From: the human T2T-CHM13v2.0 reference genome, Homo sapiens
Assembly (NCBI RefSeq): GCF_009914755.1
Contig: NC_060925.1
DNA length: 64,000 nt
Direction: 5' to 3' (one strand)
Part shown: one piece after another, positions 30,640 through 44,212 of the stretch
Layout: each line of letters opens with the position of its first letter
Numbering within the stretch: position 1 is the stretch's first letter
Notes under the pieces: model-generated
Told to the model about the DNA's origin: nothing
Seen by the model: the letters and a program-made list of their open reading frames with translations, nothing else
The model's database searches: none
Made by a program: the position numbers and the translations under genes

Positions 30640-32150
30640 TAAAAAAAAACTGGTCTTGATGAAGTATGAGAGGATTTTAAAATATAAAAATAGGAAGAAA
30701 ATTACATAAAGTAAATAAAGAGCAGAATCAATAGTACCCAAACTTAGATAAGTGATGTGGAGAATGGCATTGAGAAAATCACATACCTAAGAGAAGAAAG
30801 TGAGAAAGGGGTTGAAGACATTGTACAGAAGATATTAGAGCGGGATGACAGGCAATGAAAAGCGAACTATAGCAGAAGAGGGAAGATCAAATGTCAGAGT
30901 AACTATAGGGAAAGCAACACTGGAAATATGAATCTTTCTACTAAACTGTAAGATCAAAGTAGCTCATTATATTAAATTAATTATCGATGTGTAGCACCCA
31001 GATTACAATTTAGCAATTATTAAGTATCTGATTTCAATAACTAGTAGAATTATTGAGGCAAAAGAAATCTGTTATAAGCTGAGGTTAAAAATAAATGTAA
31101 CATTTATTTTTAAATAATTGTCAGACAAAAGTAGATACCAGTAGACCTATCCTAAATCAAATAAGTACTATCAGGATAGACTATAATATTAGTACATATG
31201 TAAAAATTTCTCCTAGTGGAGAAGTAAGGTATTTGCCAGAAAGATGAGAACACTGAGGGTGGTGACTCAATTATCCTCAAAATAAATTTAGAAATGTAAG
31301 ATAATCCCAATTAAAACCTCAATCTAATTTTGATAGATGTTAAAATATAGCTTAAATTTATGTAAAAGAATAATGATGAAAGAAAACTTGAGAAATTTAT
31401 GAAATTTTAGCTTATGTAAAGAAGATAAACCCTATCAAATGTTGAAAATATAAAGCTAATTAATCAAAAGCCTGTGTTCTTGGCATCAGAACAGGCCAAT
31501 AAATCAGTGACTCAGAAAGTCAAGAAGTAGATACAAGTATAGATACATTTTCAATATACATCTTTTTAAATAAAAAGGAACTGATAATTTTGTCAATACA
31601 TTTAATAACGTTTAGTTAGGCTATTTTGGAAAAAAATACGTCAAGAACTATACCAAAATAATATTCAGATAAATTGATGATTTATATGTAAAATATGAGG
31701 CTATAAAGGTAGAATATATAAGCAAATTTAAAATATTATACTAAAAAGGTCTTTTTGAGCATGATTAAAAGGCTAGAAATAACAAAAATTTTTAATAGAC
31801 TTAAATAAATAAATAAATACAATTTATGAAGTGTAAAACCCCATAGGTAAAACTGAAAGGCAAATTAGCTCCTAGTAAAAATTATTTGTGGTATATGACA
31901 TAGATAAAAGCTGATAACCTCTCTTTAAGGAAAGAACAAGTGCCCCAGTAGAAAAATAGGCCATTGGGTAGATGTATCACAAAAGAAGAAATACAATGGG
32001 CCCAAAACATAAAATATATTCCATAGATATGCATTCAAATGAATATAATTTTAAAAATGAGATACCATTTTGGGCTTTTGTATTAGCATAAATCAGAAAT
32101 AATCTTAATGCTTAAAATTAGAGCAAGAGAATACATACGTGAGCAAAGTG
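30640..32150 (+). mobile_element. Degenerate L1M fragments
   Basis: A-rich ORF2-like motifs (ggccaataaatcagtg, aaatgagataccatttt). Confidence 0.55.
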
Positions 32151-33678
32151 TTGTTTATTAATAAAATTGTCTTAGGGTACTGACATTTCATGTTTCTTTT
32201 TCCTTTTTGCTTTATTGTCTCTTAGTTCCTAATATTTTGGGTCAGTTAATGAAAATAACACCTTAATTCAAATTTCCTATGGGAGAGAATTGTAAAATGT
32301 TGAATATTAACCAATGTGTTTTCCAAGCTGGACCCCAAAAGAATATTTGACTTTTGTGATGTTATTTCCTTCCTTTTCCTACAATTGACTGAATTGATTA
32401 TATTATTTATAGCCTTTAATCACAACTTGTTTATCTAATTTCAGTTTGGTCCCTACTAAGAAAATATTACATTCGCACCCAGAAATACTTTAAAATCTTT
32501 GGAAACAACATAATTAATAGTGAATATTGTCCCTTCCTCCTATTATAGATCAGGCATAGAATGGTGAGAAGTGATGGTAAACATTTCAGATGAAAATCTC
32601 AAATTAAGTCTCATATTTAATTACCAGAATCACCTGCCAATAAGCTGTTAATATAGACTGGATGATTCTATAGGGCTCACAATAATGTGGGAAGTAGCAG
32701 AGTTGCACTTCTAGCTTATAACGTGAAAGTGGGACAGCCATGTCTAGTACATCAAGGGGTGTATTTACCTGCTGTAATATAGTAAAGTTATATGCAACGT
32801 TTGGACAAAAGGTAAGAAAAAGATTTTAGCAGTTCCTGCTGGAATATTTCGCTTATACTATTTCCTTCAAATTAAGCACACATCATATACCTGTCTTCAA
32901 TTTCCTTAGAACTGAAGAGTGTGACTATTCTGAGATTGTTTATCCTGTTTTCTAAATTCAAATACCGCCAAACATTGTTAAGTTACAACTTATGAAAAAC
33001 ATGTATCGATGAAAAGTCAGATTGATTGCTTCCTTCAGAGACATTCTTTGATGTTTTATTTCCTTAGTAAAATTTATCTCAAAAAGAGATTTGCATGCAC
33101 AATTCCATGTCTTCTCCCTAATTTCCACAAATTCTTCAGAAGAACCAGAATCAGCTTTCAGTGATTTGTTGCCTCCTATTAAGCCATAGAGTGTTCCAAT
33201 TTCTGTCTCTTCCTGTGTTTTGGTGCCAGCTCTTTTCCTTTGACCATTTCAGTCTTAAAGTTTCACTACTCAAAAGCCAAGCCAGTCAATATAAAGTGAG
33301 CCTCAGTGACAAATAGTTTGCTCTCAATTAATCTTGCTAGACACTTATTAAAATGTAATACTGTAATAAATTATAATAAATTATAATATTTATTAAATAT
33401 AAATGTTGTTGAAATTAATTATTTCTGGATATAATATATTGAAGTTCTTGATGTTTACATTAAAATTCTACAAATCTACCCAAGTATTTAAATGGAGATA
33501 TTAAGAAAAATGACAGCTTAAAGTTAAATGTCTATCCCTCTAAAAAAAAAAAAAAGAGAAGAAAAGAAAAGAAAACCTATCAAGATAATCTATTGGTTCT
33601 ATCACCAAATCTTCCAAGCTTTAAGAGGAATTTGGGCTGTGGTGAGGACTTTTATTCCAAATTCTAATGTTACAGGTT

Positions 33679-34279
33679 GTTCAGTAAGAAAAATTGCCTT
33701 CTGAAGATGTCTACACCCTCCTCTCTGGAACCTGTCAATTGTTTTAGTACAATGAAAAAGATAATTTGCAGATGTAATTAACTTTATGGACCTGAAAATA
33801 GGGAGATTATCCTGGATTATCCAGATGGACCCAATCTCATCACATGACCTCTTAAAAGCAAAAACCTTCTCCAGCTGTAGGCAAGAAAGATATGATGTGT
33901 TTCAAGGTGTGAGAGGAGCTTGACCTCCCTGGCCAGACTGGATCTTATGGAAAGCATGAGAAAGAATCTGAGCAGCCCCAGAAGCAAAGCCCAGCCCCTG
34001 GCCAGCCACCAGCAAGGAAGCCTGCCTTAGTCCTTCAACTGCCAGGAGCTGAATACAGCCAACAACCTGAACAAGCTTGGAAAGAATTCTTCCCTAGAGC
34101 GTTCAGTAAGGAATGCAGTCCCTACAGCACCTTGATTTGGGCCTTCAATCACCCTGAGCAAGGACTCTGTCAGGTCCATCAGACTCCTGACCTATAAACC
34201 TGTGAGACAATACATGTATCTTGTGTTAATCCACTAAATTCATGGTAATTTTTTATCGCAGCAATAGAAAAGTAATGCA
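33679..34279 (+). mobile_element. MLT1D/E solo LTR
   Basis: gggagattatcctggattatccagatggacccaatc ... gcagcaatagaaaagtaat. Confidence 0.85.
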
Positions 34280-34540
34280 AGCTATCACAGGGAAGTCCAT
34301 CCCGGCCAACAGGATTTTAAGTTTTCCATTTAGCTCTATTTACTTTGTCCTATTCTGTTTTTACTGCAGTATCAAAAACACCAGCCATTGACAGTATACA
34401 TATTGCTTTCTTAAGTGTCTTATTTGTAATTAAAGCCCATTACAATGTATTAATAAAGTGTATTTTAATTTTTAGAAGCGTGTTTTCATTTCACACAAAA
34501 GTCACATAATTTCTTGCCTTTCATCAAAATGTAAAGCTTT

Positions 34541-34680
34541 AATGGGTACAGTGTACGTAATTCTGGTGATGGCTGCACTAAAGGCCCAGCCTTAACCACT
34601 ACACAACATACTCATGTAACAAAACTGCACTTGTAACCTCTACATTTATACAAAACAAAAAGCAAAAACAAAAGAATATA
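34541..34680 (+). mobile_element. L1MA 3' end, heavily 5'-truncated
   Basis: aatgggtacagtgtac...catgtaacaaaactgcacttgta followed by an A-rich tail. Confidence 0.8.
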
Positions 34681-35059
34681 CAAAGCTTGACAAATGTTTA
34701 CCTTGAAAATTTTATTGTACATATCACTTATGAATATGGTAATTGTCTATCCCTATTGAAAAAAGAGAGTATGTGCAATAAAGGTAAGATTTAAATGGTT
34801 GTAGAACACTTAATGCAATTCAGGAGCTTTTATTTTGAAAATAATGACTACTTAATTAGCATAGAGAATATGTGATAGGTAAACCAGATATTCCTATGGA
34901 TCAAAAACAAGAGCATAATCTTTCAGACTTGTTTTCATTCAGGATGTGTTTCTGTTTCTATGGTTAGTCTTAGAAATATAATTTAAGTTAAATGCATATA
35001 CACAACCACAAAAATAACATTGACTAAAATGCTACAGGATGTAACACATTAATCTAGCC

Positions 35060-36100
35060 ACTGGAAATGATTTATTGAGTATTTACTATATGTTCAATAC
35101 TATGCTTTGTACCATCAAAGATATAAAAAGAATATGAGACCGATTTCCAGAGGCAGAATCATGGTTGAGGCAACAAATTCCTATTCAGAAAGACAAAGAT
35201 ATAAATGATTTATTTATGCATTGAGCGATTAAGAACTTATTCATTTATTCAACAAACATTTATCACATGCATACTCTATGTCAAGCACTGCATAAAAACA
35301 AGGTTTACCACATAGGATAAGACCTAGTTCTGCGCTTTCAAAAAGCTAATCATGCAGTGAGATACAAAAGACAGGACTACCTTAGAGAGAGAAGAACCAA
35401 CAGACATACATGCAGCAATAAATGAGAATAATATACTTTTCCAGCTGGAGTACAGGGGGCATGAGGAACTGGTGCTCAGAAGAGTTGTCTATGGGAGAAA
35501 CCGCTAGAAAGAGTCCTGAAAGATGATCAGGACTGCCCTACTTGAGAGACTAGGGCCGTCAAATGGGAAAGAGTCATTGTGCGGAAGAAACCAGAGTTAA
35601 AAGGAAAATGATACATTTGTGGTGACCTGGACATCTGTGAGGGTGGATGGAAGAGATGAACAAAGGCTCAATCATGAAACGCCCCCGAGACATTCTAAAC
35701 AAGGGTTGACTTTATTATGAAGGTGATAGGAAGCAATTGAAGATTGTAGCAGGGAAGTCACATGACCAGATTTGCATCTTATAAAGTTCACTCTGGTGGC
35801 AAAGGAAAACATTTTGAGAGCATCAAGGTTTTTCCTGAGGAGATCAGATAAGAAGCTGGGTAGATATTGAATAGCAGCAGTGGTATGTAAATTATTGTGA
35901 AACAGGCGCAAGTGATATGATCTTCCAAACTCTAATAACGATGGAAAAAAGATTGCTCTCTGATATTTAAATTATTAAAGTAACATGTAGCAGAATAATT
36001 TGGTCAGTGGTAAACCCACTAGCCTAAATAAGAACTTGAGTGTGACAAATATTGGTTTCTGAGTCTGACAATGGGAGGTAACATTGGACAATTATTCTTA
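35060..36100. mobile_element. L2 fragments
   Basis: attcatttattcaacaaacattta and acatgaccagatttgcat motifs. Confidence 0.65.
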
Positions 36101-36136
36101 CTAGCACATTAAGCTTTGTAATGAAGATGAATACAC

Positions 36137-36352
36137 CAAGCTTATACCACCCATGACCTGTGGGCCTCATACGGCCCCAGATGACTTTGAATGTGGCCCG
36201 ATACAAATTCATAAACTTCCTTAAAATATTATGAGATTTTTATGTGATTTTATTTTTGTTTAGCTCATCAACTATTGTTAGTGAATTTTATGTGTGACCC
36301 AAAACAATTCTTCCAATGTTGCCCAGAGAAGCCAAAAGATTGGATACCCTTG
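36137..36352. mobile_element. MER30
   Basis: caagctt...tttgaatgtggccc...ccaaaagattggataccc. Confidence 0.85.
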
Positions 36353-36964
36353 AAGTATACTATTATGAATAGTGCTGTGAATGCACTTAAAAGGAAAAAC
36401 TTAAATAACAAAAGAAGATATGCAAAGTGTCCAAGGGAAACAGGGCATTCTAGTTCCCATGATAGATATTTTCTAAGTGTAAATTTATTAGTAGTCCATG
36501 TCACTATTTAGATCCCCTTTCTGCCTAATTAGTTCAGATTCTCATGGCCTGCTCACCCTAGGCAGTGACAAGCTAGTGTCTTTGGGCTTGGAAATGAAGA
36601 CTAGGGTCTTCAATATAGTAAAGAATTTGAGATACTACCAGTACATCTTTTTCTTCATGAAATTTTACTTCTTTCTTCAAATGTACAAAGGCACTGGTCT
36701 TTGTGGATGGGCAAAGTCCAACGCGGGATGGACATTGGAGTTCAAGCATCATAGATATTTACTCTAGAAGAATCTTGGGAAGAAGATTGACATAATTAAA
36801 GTAATGTTGTAGGACTGAGCAAAAGAATGAGTAGATTGTTCTTACTGGACATGGGTAACAGCAGCAGAAATGATTTAAAGAAAGAAATAGCAAAATTCTT
36901 AAACTAATCCCACTTCCTGTTTAGGTTCCATTTTCCCATATTTTGCTCCCTCTACTCTATTGGG

Positions 36965-37240
36965 AGGAGGAAGAAATTAACATGTATTGGAAATGGAGGA
37001 AATTAACATGTATTGAGTGATCTGTGTGTTAATATCTGCTCTAAGTTTGCACTTAAGTTTTGTTTAGTCGATCTAACAGCTTAGAAGAAGAATGGCACTA
37101 CCAATTTTACAGAACAAAAATGAAGTCTCAGTGGATTTCAATTGCTTAGGATCGTCAAACCAGTTAAAGGGCAGAACTTGCATCCAGTCCAGGCAAATCC
37201 AATTCCCATGTCCATGTTCTGACTCATACATCACACTCCC
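36965..37240 (-). mobile_element. MIR with a short tandem duplication at its start
   Basis: gaaattaacatgtattg occurs twice; ccaattttacagaacaaaaatgaagtctcag core. Confidence 0.6.
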
Positions 37241-38704
37241 TCTTCTCAGCTTCTCTGTCTCCTACAAAATCTAATTGGAATTGCCACAGCCTCTCTCTTT
37301 CATCTCTTCCAAACTTTCTACAGTCCTAAAGTCTACCCAAAGTTCAACTTCCTTGAGGAATTACTGCTGATGATTCCAGCTCACAAGTAATTTTCCATTC
37401 TCAGAATTCATGTATAATATTTCTCAAACTGTTTCCTGAGAACACTGGTTTCCCAAAAATTAGGTTCTGTATTGAAATTAATTATAAATCCTGCATATTA
37501 AATCTATTTTAGGAACTACCCAGTATGTTTTAATCTATTTTAATCTTGAATGAGTATTCTCCAGGCACTCCTATAATTATACAACATCAGCCCAACCCAG
37601 CTGCTCGCATATTATTTTTTTCCTCTGGTAAGTTATATTATGAAATAAATTATAATATTTAATGTCATTATCAAGTAGACAAATTACATACTGTGCATAT
37701 GTAAATTGTGTGTTTATGTGTATAAGCATATAGGAACTTTAAATATTTCAAAATTAAATAACAGATATTTTAGACTATTATTTACTGTCTAAATCCATTA
37801 AAAAAAATTCTAGAGATTTAGAGGGTAAGCCTGGTTTGACAAGAAGAAATATATCAATCTCTGCAGGTTTGCACCTCTTTAAATATTTGTCACATTAAAG
37901 CTGAATAAACAGGTTTTTCTTCTGATTAAGATAAGAACAGTCTAAAACACTATCACTCTTACAGTAACATCAATAAAAATTCACATAAAATAAAAAAATC
38001 TTAAGAATGGGACTATCAAAGAGCAGTGGACGAAGAAAAAAAAGGCTTGGTGAATCGATTTCCAAAGAGAAGAAACCGTCACAGGTTAGCAGCAAGTTGT
38101 GGCAACTTCGGAGGGTAAACATGAGGTCACTAAAAGACAAGGTTTGCTAAAGGCAAAGAACGACTAACAGAGTCACTGGCAATGGTAAAAGCAGGCAGGA
38201 ATGGACTAGAGTCTGAAAGATTCCAAAATCTAACAATGTTTTACTTAGCATTGCAATTATTCTCCTCTCTTCAACCTCTGAATTTTGTTCAAAAAAAAGA
38301 GCAAATAACTTGAGAATGTAAAGCAAAAAGGACTCACATAGTTCAATGTTCTTAAAGCTGCAGCCAAGATCCCCAATAAACTCAAAATTCAGTAGAAATC
38401 TGAAAGATCACCAGTTTACTTTATCTGTTTATAAGGAATAAGCTCACATACTTTGCAAAATGTAAAAGCAAAGTGGTAGTCTACTTCAATCTCCACTATT
38501 TTTCTATTAATATACACAAAATACTACATACAATCAAATCTAATTAGACAAACAAAGAATACAAATATGTTGAGAAAAGAAAAAATGCAAAAGAAAAATC
38601 ACAAAATCTAATCTATAAAGATCCCAGGTATTGAAATTAGCAGGCATGGATTTAAAATAACTGTATAACTATTTTAAATATACTCAAGAATTTATAAGGA
38701 AAGA

Positions 38705-39286
38705 TGGTTACTTGGTTTTTTTTTCAAATATGGCTCTAGTAATATCTCACATCATGCTTTTCTACGATATGACTTTGACCTTCTTCCCATCCAGAAATAG
38801 GAACTATGCCCTCTCAGCTTGCATCCTGGCCAACTTATTCCTCACTTTGACTAGAATGTGGTGGCAGTGATGCTGCCTGACTTTTGAAGCTAAGACAGAA
38901 ATGGCATGCAGCTCTGCCATGTTGGCTGGGGCAATCACCTTTGAAAGTTTCAACCACAAAATAAAGTTTCATTATGCTGAGACTCATATCATGTGAGAAA
39001 TCTAAACCAAATGGAAAGGCGACATATAGGTGCTTCATCAGCCTTTGAGTTATCCCAGCTTAGGTGCAATAAGTGGTCCTCAACTGAATCCAGCCTTTAG
39101 CCAAAAAGTCACCTCAATATTTGAGTCTTTACAAGTGAAGGACCAGTCCCAATGGAGCAGAAACAAGCCATCCTAGCTTGATCTTCTCAAATTGCTAACT
39201 CACATCATCTATAATAATAATAAAATGGTTGTTTTAAGCCATTAAGTTTCAGGATAATATGTTACACAGCAATAGTAACTGGAACA
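38705..39286 (+). mobile_element. MLT1G-like solo LTR within L1 fragments
   Basis: tagaatgtggtggcagtgatgctgcctgactt ... gcaatagtaactggaaca. Confidence 0.8.
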
Positions 39287-39289
39287 GCT

Positions 39290-40010
39290 GCTTCACTCTG
39301 CGGGAGAGAAAAATTTCACAGGTGGAGCCCAGGATAACTGCCTCCTAAAACCCCAAACCAAGAATCCTTAAAGAAGCAAAACAGATTCCGGACTTTCTAC
39401 AATACATTATCAATGATGTCTGGCTTCTACCCCCAAATCACAAGATACAGAGAAAGGGAAAAATATGAACCATATCCAAGTAACAAAAGCAGTCAACAGA
39501 ATAGATATTGAATGGTTTCAGAAGGTGAATTTAGCTGTCCCAGACTTCAAAGCAACTATTATTAACATAAATCAAATGAAAATTAAGTTTAAATAATTGT
39601 TTAATTAGTACTTAATGTCAAATTATGGAATTTTTAAATTGTAGTATGCTGATAAAATGAACTACTGCTCAGATAGGAAAATAAATGAATTAATGATGCA
39701 TGCAATAGCATATCTGAATCTCAGAATTATTGTATGAGTAAAATAATTCAGTTACAACCATGAATGTGCTATATGATTCAATTTACAAAGGTCTAGATGG
39801 CAAAAGAAATCTGTGTAGAAATTAGAATAGTTGTTGGTTCTCAAAGAAAAGCAGAATGTTTGGAATTAAGAACTAGGGATTTCTGTGGTGAGAACAATGT
39901 TCTCTATCTTGATTAAGGTGTTCGTGAAACAAGTGTAATTACTTGTCAGCTTCATTAACTTATACATTTATAGTCTTTTTATTTTACTCTTTGTAATTAT
40001 ATATCATTTT
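39290..40010 (+). mobile_element. L1M fragments
   Basis: gacttcaaagcaactatta and aatgttctctatcttgatt motifs. Confidence 0.6.
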
Positions 40011-40200
40011 TTAATCCGAAAAATGAAGGAACATTGGTGTATATTCCTTTTCAGTGATTTCTTCTCAAGAAAACTAAATTTAATGAACTGTCTTGTGTTT
40101 TATAATTCACTTTCTTTAATCATTAAAACATTGAGCTTGGAACACAGCATAGAAAATCAAAGTAGTTTTTGAATAATCTCATTATTAAAAGATTTTTTTT

Positions 40201-40255
40201 TATTTGGCAAAATCTAAGTTAGACATATTTGGCAAAACCTAATTTAGACATATTT
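40201..40255. repeat. 25-bp tandem duplication
   Basis: tatttggcaaaa(t/c)ctaa(g/t)ttagaca, 2 copies. Confidence 0.9.
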
Positions 40256-41121
40256 CACAAACCTTCAATTTAGTTAAACTTAAGAAGTAAAGCTCCTCTA
40301 TTTGCTAATACAGTAATAGCCTAAAATAAGCTGAAAAATGTATTTGAAGGTAATGAAAGTAACTTTTCCTAATAAAATCTATAATTCTGCTTTTCCATTA
40401 ATTAAGATTATTATATTAGTTTCATAGTTCAAATTAGCACAGTTGCTCTTATTTGATTTGTATAACAAAGATTTTTTATATTTTAATTCCTACCACATTT
40501 CACTGCTTTGAATCTTTTTTACACTCGTTGCATAGATCTACATAATAGGTACTGGTTTTAAATTTAATGTCGCTTCGTTCGTTGATTCTTACACAAACTA
40601 ACGTCAATTATGAGACTGAATAAAAAGCAGAAGTAATACTAAATTTGAAATGATAAAAGATCTTGTGAAATTTGGAAGTGGATAAATAAAGATCTGTGTA
40701 GTATAGAATCTTAGAGCTCAAAAATATTTTCTTTTTCATTCTCTTTTCACTTTTAACAGATAAAGTGTTTTAAAAAAATTAAGCTAAAAATTAAATCGAG
40801 AAACCTCAAATTAATGCAGACCTGGGCAATAGTTATACTATGTTTATTTTAATAGTCATGATGACGATATTAAAATATTTTTGCCTTTTCCAGACATAGA
40901 TTTAACACTTAGAACAGCCACCTGATAGCTATGTAGATAAAAATGGGAGGGATCTTCCATTTTCTCAGTCTTTAAATAATTTTAATATTATAGTTTCACA
41001 GTATGCATTAAAATAACATGTACTACTCCTGGTATGAAGATGTTCAATTATATACTACAGATATTTTTATTTTCATTGTTATTACTATTACTACTATGGC
41101 CCATTGAGTGAAGGTTTTAAC

Positions 41122-41657
41122 ACAGAGGTTCCAATACATTCTCCTTTCATGGCCCCTTAGGATCTTTCATTGTTTCACAGTACCACAAACAAATGCCCAT
41201 TTATCTTATCAAACAGATAAAGCTAAACAACTTTATAATACCCTTAACATTACACATTATAACAATAATGCATGAGATAAAATTATTTTTCACTCTTGAT
41301 GAACCATAATTAATGATTTATGGGATATGAGTATTTGCTGGGTATCCACAGCCCTCAAATCTCAGAATCAGACTAAATGCCAGCCCCTCATTTCATATTC
41401 CACTTCATCTTTTGCACGGTTCTTGCTATTTATCACAGCAATTGCCTAAAAACAGTTTTGCAAAGATATGTTCCACTTGAAATGAATATAGCATGTGCTA
41501 ATGTTGGAATTTTGAACTCACTGAAGCCAGTAGTTCACTCAATGTCCATCGTATCTGGTATCACTATGATTTCTTACATTTTTAAGATATCTCACAGTAC
41601 TCTGTGAGTTTGCCATAATGTCCTAGGGCACTTTGTTGCCCAGTTTGGGAGATGTGC
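41122..41657. mobile_element. MER113-like hAT-Charlie element
   Basis: Termini cagaggttccaa... and ...cccagtttggga. Confidence 0.5.
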
Positions 41658-42509
41658 ATATCAATAAAAATAAAATACCAAATATTTCTGATTATAAAGT
41701 ACAAATTGAGAGAACATTCTCTTGAATTAATATAAAATATGTAACATGAAAAAGTATCAAACTAGGAATACAAAACAGGAGATAAGGAAAATTGAGTTGG
41801 AAATTGCCTTAAAGGAAGAGTGAATAAAATACGGTTTTTGATTTTCATGAGAATTAGAGCAATTAAAGGAACAGCCATTCAGAAACAAAGCTGACACATT
41901 GAATGAAGTAATTTAAAAACTGTAATGTTCCTTTTGAATTTTGTTCTATGGTAAAGAGTTTGACTAGCAATGACCCTAAAAATTCCATGACTCAATCTTG
42001 CATTTTTGAAAAACTTAAAATTTTTCCTAAACTAGTTCAGGGAATTAGGCCCTGAATCAGTTTGAGACATCAATTTAATAACCCTTCAAGAAATCTCCCT
42101 TACTAAAATATGTAACAAGATTATAAAATATTATTGAGAGATGCTTTGGAAAACATCATCCATTTTTTAATGCCTTCAGTGAAAAAAATGTATAATTTAC
42201 ATAAACATGAACAGGATAATTTTTTAGAGAGGAAATAATAGTAATAACAAATGTACCTTGTAGAGATCCCATGATGTAAAATTGTAATTATAAAATATAA
42301 GGATATCAGAACATCTCAGTACAAGAATTGACTCTGCACTTCAGGAATTTATAATCTGTGCTTTAGGCCAAGTGAAGACTGTACATACAGGTCCAGAATT
42401 CTTTACTCGCAATTCTAAAACACAAAATGCTGCAGGGAATTTTTTGTTCGTTTGTTTGTTTTGTAAATTTGGTCCTAAAACTCACTCATTGGTGTCGAAC
42501 CTGTGACTA

Positions 42510-43200
42510 GTCAAAGTGAACTAACAGAAACCAGTTTACTCTTATGCCTAAAACAACCAGAAATACACATGATAATGGTTTTCAAGACATCCACCATCAG
42601 GCAAGGAAGGCAAGTGACCTGTGAGAGGAAGCTAACAACGTGAGGCCTGTGATTGCTCCAGCTTACTGCCTGGAGATAGTTTGCATGCCCAGCACAGGTA
42701 GGGAGAATAATTAAACCTTTTGTTCCATAGAGGTGATAGGGGACATGAGCCTGGGTACATCTTGGTAGTGGCCGCTGTTCCTTCAGCCATCCAGTACCAA
42801 AGGGATCTGTCTGTGGATTCTCCCTGATCTTCCCTGTGAGGATCATCATGAAGGAGTTTCACTCTCTCTACTCACTCACACTTAGCCTCAAGCAATTTGC
42901 TTAGCAATTCTTGATAAATCTTTTCAATGGCTTAAATGGTGTTTGATGATGTGTGCCCCAGGCAAGCAAATGCTAGGGTCCTGTATCTCCTCCTAATGCA
43001 CCTGTCTCTTTCCAGGTTACAGGTTAGTTGTTTGCTCTGCAATTCCTGTTCTCTGATGGGTTAAAAAAAAAAAAAAGTCATTAATTTGCAGTTTATCCAG
43101 TTGTTTTTCTGCTGGGGTGGGAATGTACTCTTTATAGCCTTCTACATCCCTGAGCCAAAACCCAAAGTGCATTATGCTTCCTAAAATTAAAACCAGCAAT
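42510..43200 (-). mobile_element. Old L1M 5' region
   Basis: ggttagttgtttgctctgcaa and gtttatccagttgtttttct motifs. Confidence 0.55.
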
Positions 43201-43759
43201 GAAATTCTCTCCTCTCTCTTATCATTTAATTCTGGCTGGCCTGGGTGAAAGGAATCTGACTCATTTTGCTTTCATTACAGACCATGTAAGCATACAGCTT
43301 ACCTGGATCATCTCATGATTTAAAGTCAGTCCCAAGGAGGTCATCACAGTTGCACCTTTTCCTTTGAACTCTCTTAATGTTTGGAGGGGGAGGGTTTTTT
43401 AAGCAATCTGTGACTTGAAAATATTCTGTCATTGGTTTGCTTACTTGTGCATTGAAAATGACAGGAAATTATTGTTACTCATCTGAATTTTTTGAAATCC
43501 CTATGCCATTTTAGGGAACATATTCCTTTTGATTATATACGCCTCAGTTAATTCCTCTCAAATTTTTGTAATAGTCTGTGCAAGATCAAGAGAAGTTCTA
43601 CTCATTCAGGATATCTTCTTTATCAGGTCAGTGTTGATTGGTAAGAACAATTGGCATCTAACTCTTGGCAATGAAGCAACATTCTCAACGGTGAGATCAC
43701 GGATGTGGAATTCCACGATATGTGCTTTACCACATGCATTATGGCAATCAATTCCTTTA

Positions 43760-44050
43760 TTTTTTGGTCCATTTATCCTGTTCAGTCATTTACTGAACGT
43801 CTACTACATGCCAGGTACTGTCCTAGAGTATAGGGATCAAGTGGTAAAAAGGAAGACCCTTTCGTAGAATTTACAGACTATACCAAGAAAAATGAATAAA
43901 TAAATTGCACTTGTAGTGAATGTCACAAGAAGTGCAGCATATGATCAGAATATATAACGGAAGAGTCTGGAAGTCACAGAAGGCCATCTTGAAATGACAA
44001 TACTCAAGTTGAATACAGAAAGATACCATACCGTAACAATAGGAGAGAAA
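43760..44050. mobile_element. L2 3' fragment
   Basis: cagtcatttactgaacgtctactacatgccaggtactgtcctag. Confidence 0.75.
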
Positions 44051-44206
44051 ATACAAATTAATAAATCAAGCAAAAGAAAATTAAATAAAAACTATGAGAG
44101 TTTTCAATTGAATTGAAACATCATTTTTAGCTGTATCTTAATAAATGTATAAACACCTGTGAATAGGATTGTCAATTATAAAGCAAAAACAATGAAAATG
44201 TATCAG

Positions 44207-44212
44207 TTTAAT
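44207..44212 (-). promoter_or_regulatory. Candidate distal poly(A) signal ATTAAA
   Basis: Followed on the minus strand by a T/GT-rich tract (ttttcattgtttttgc), at the end of a ~1.7-kb repeat-poor stretch. Confidence 0.3.

Noticed and set aside
43529-43867. 112-aa ORF
   Set aside because: Non-ATG start, runs into an L2 element and shows no homology.
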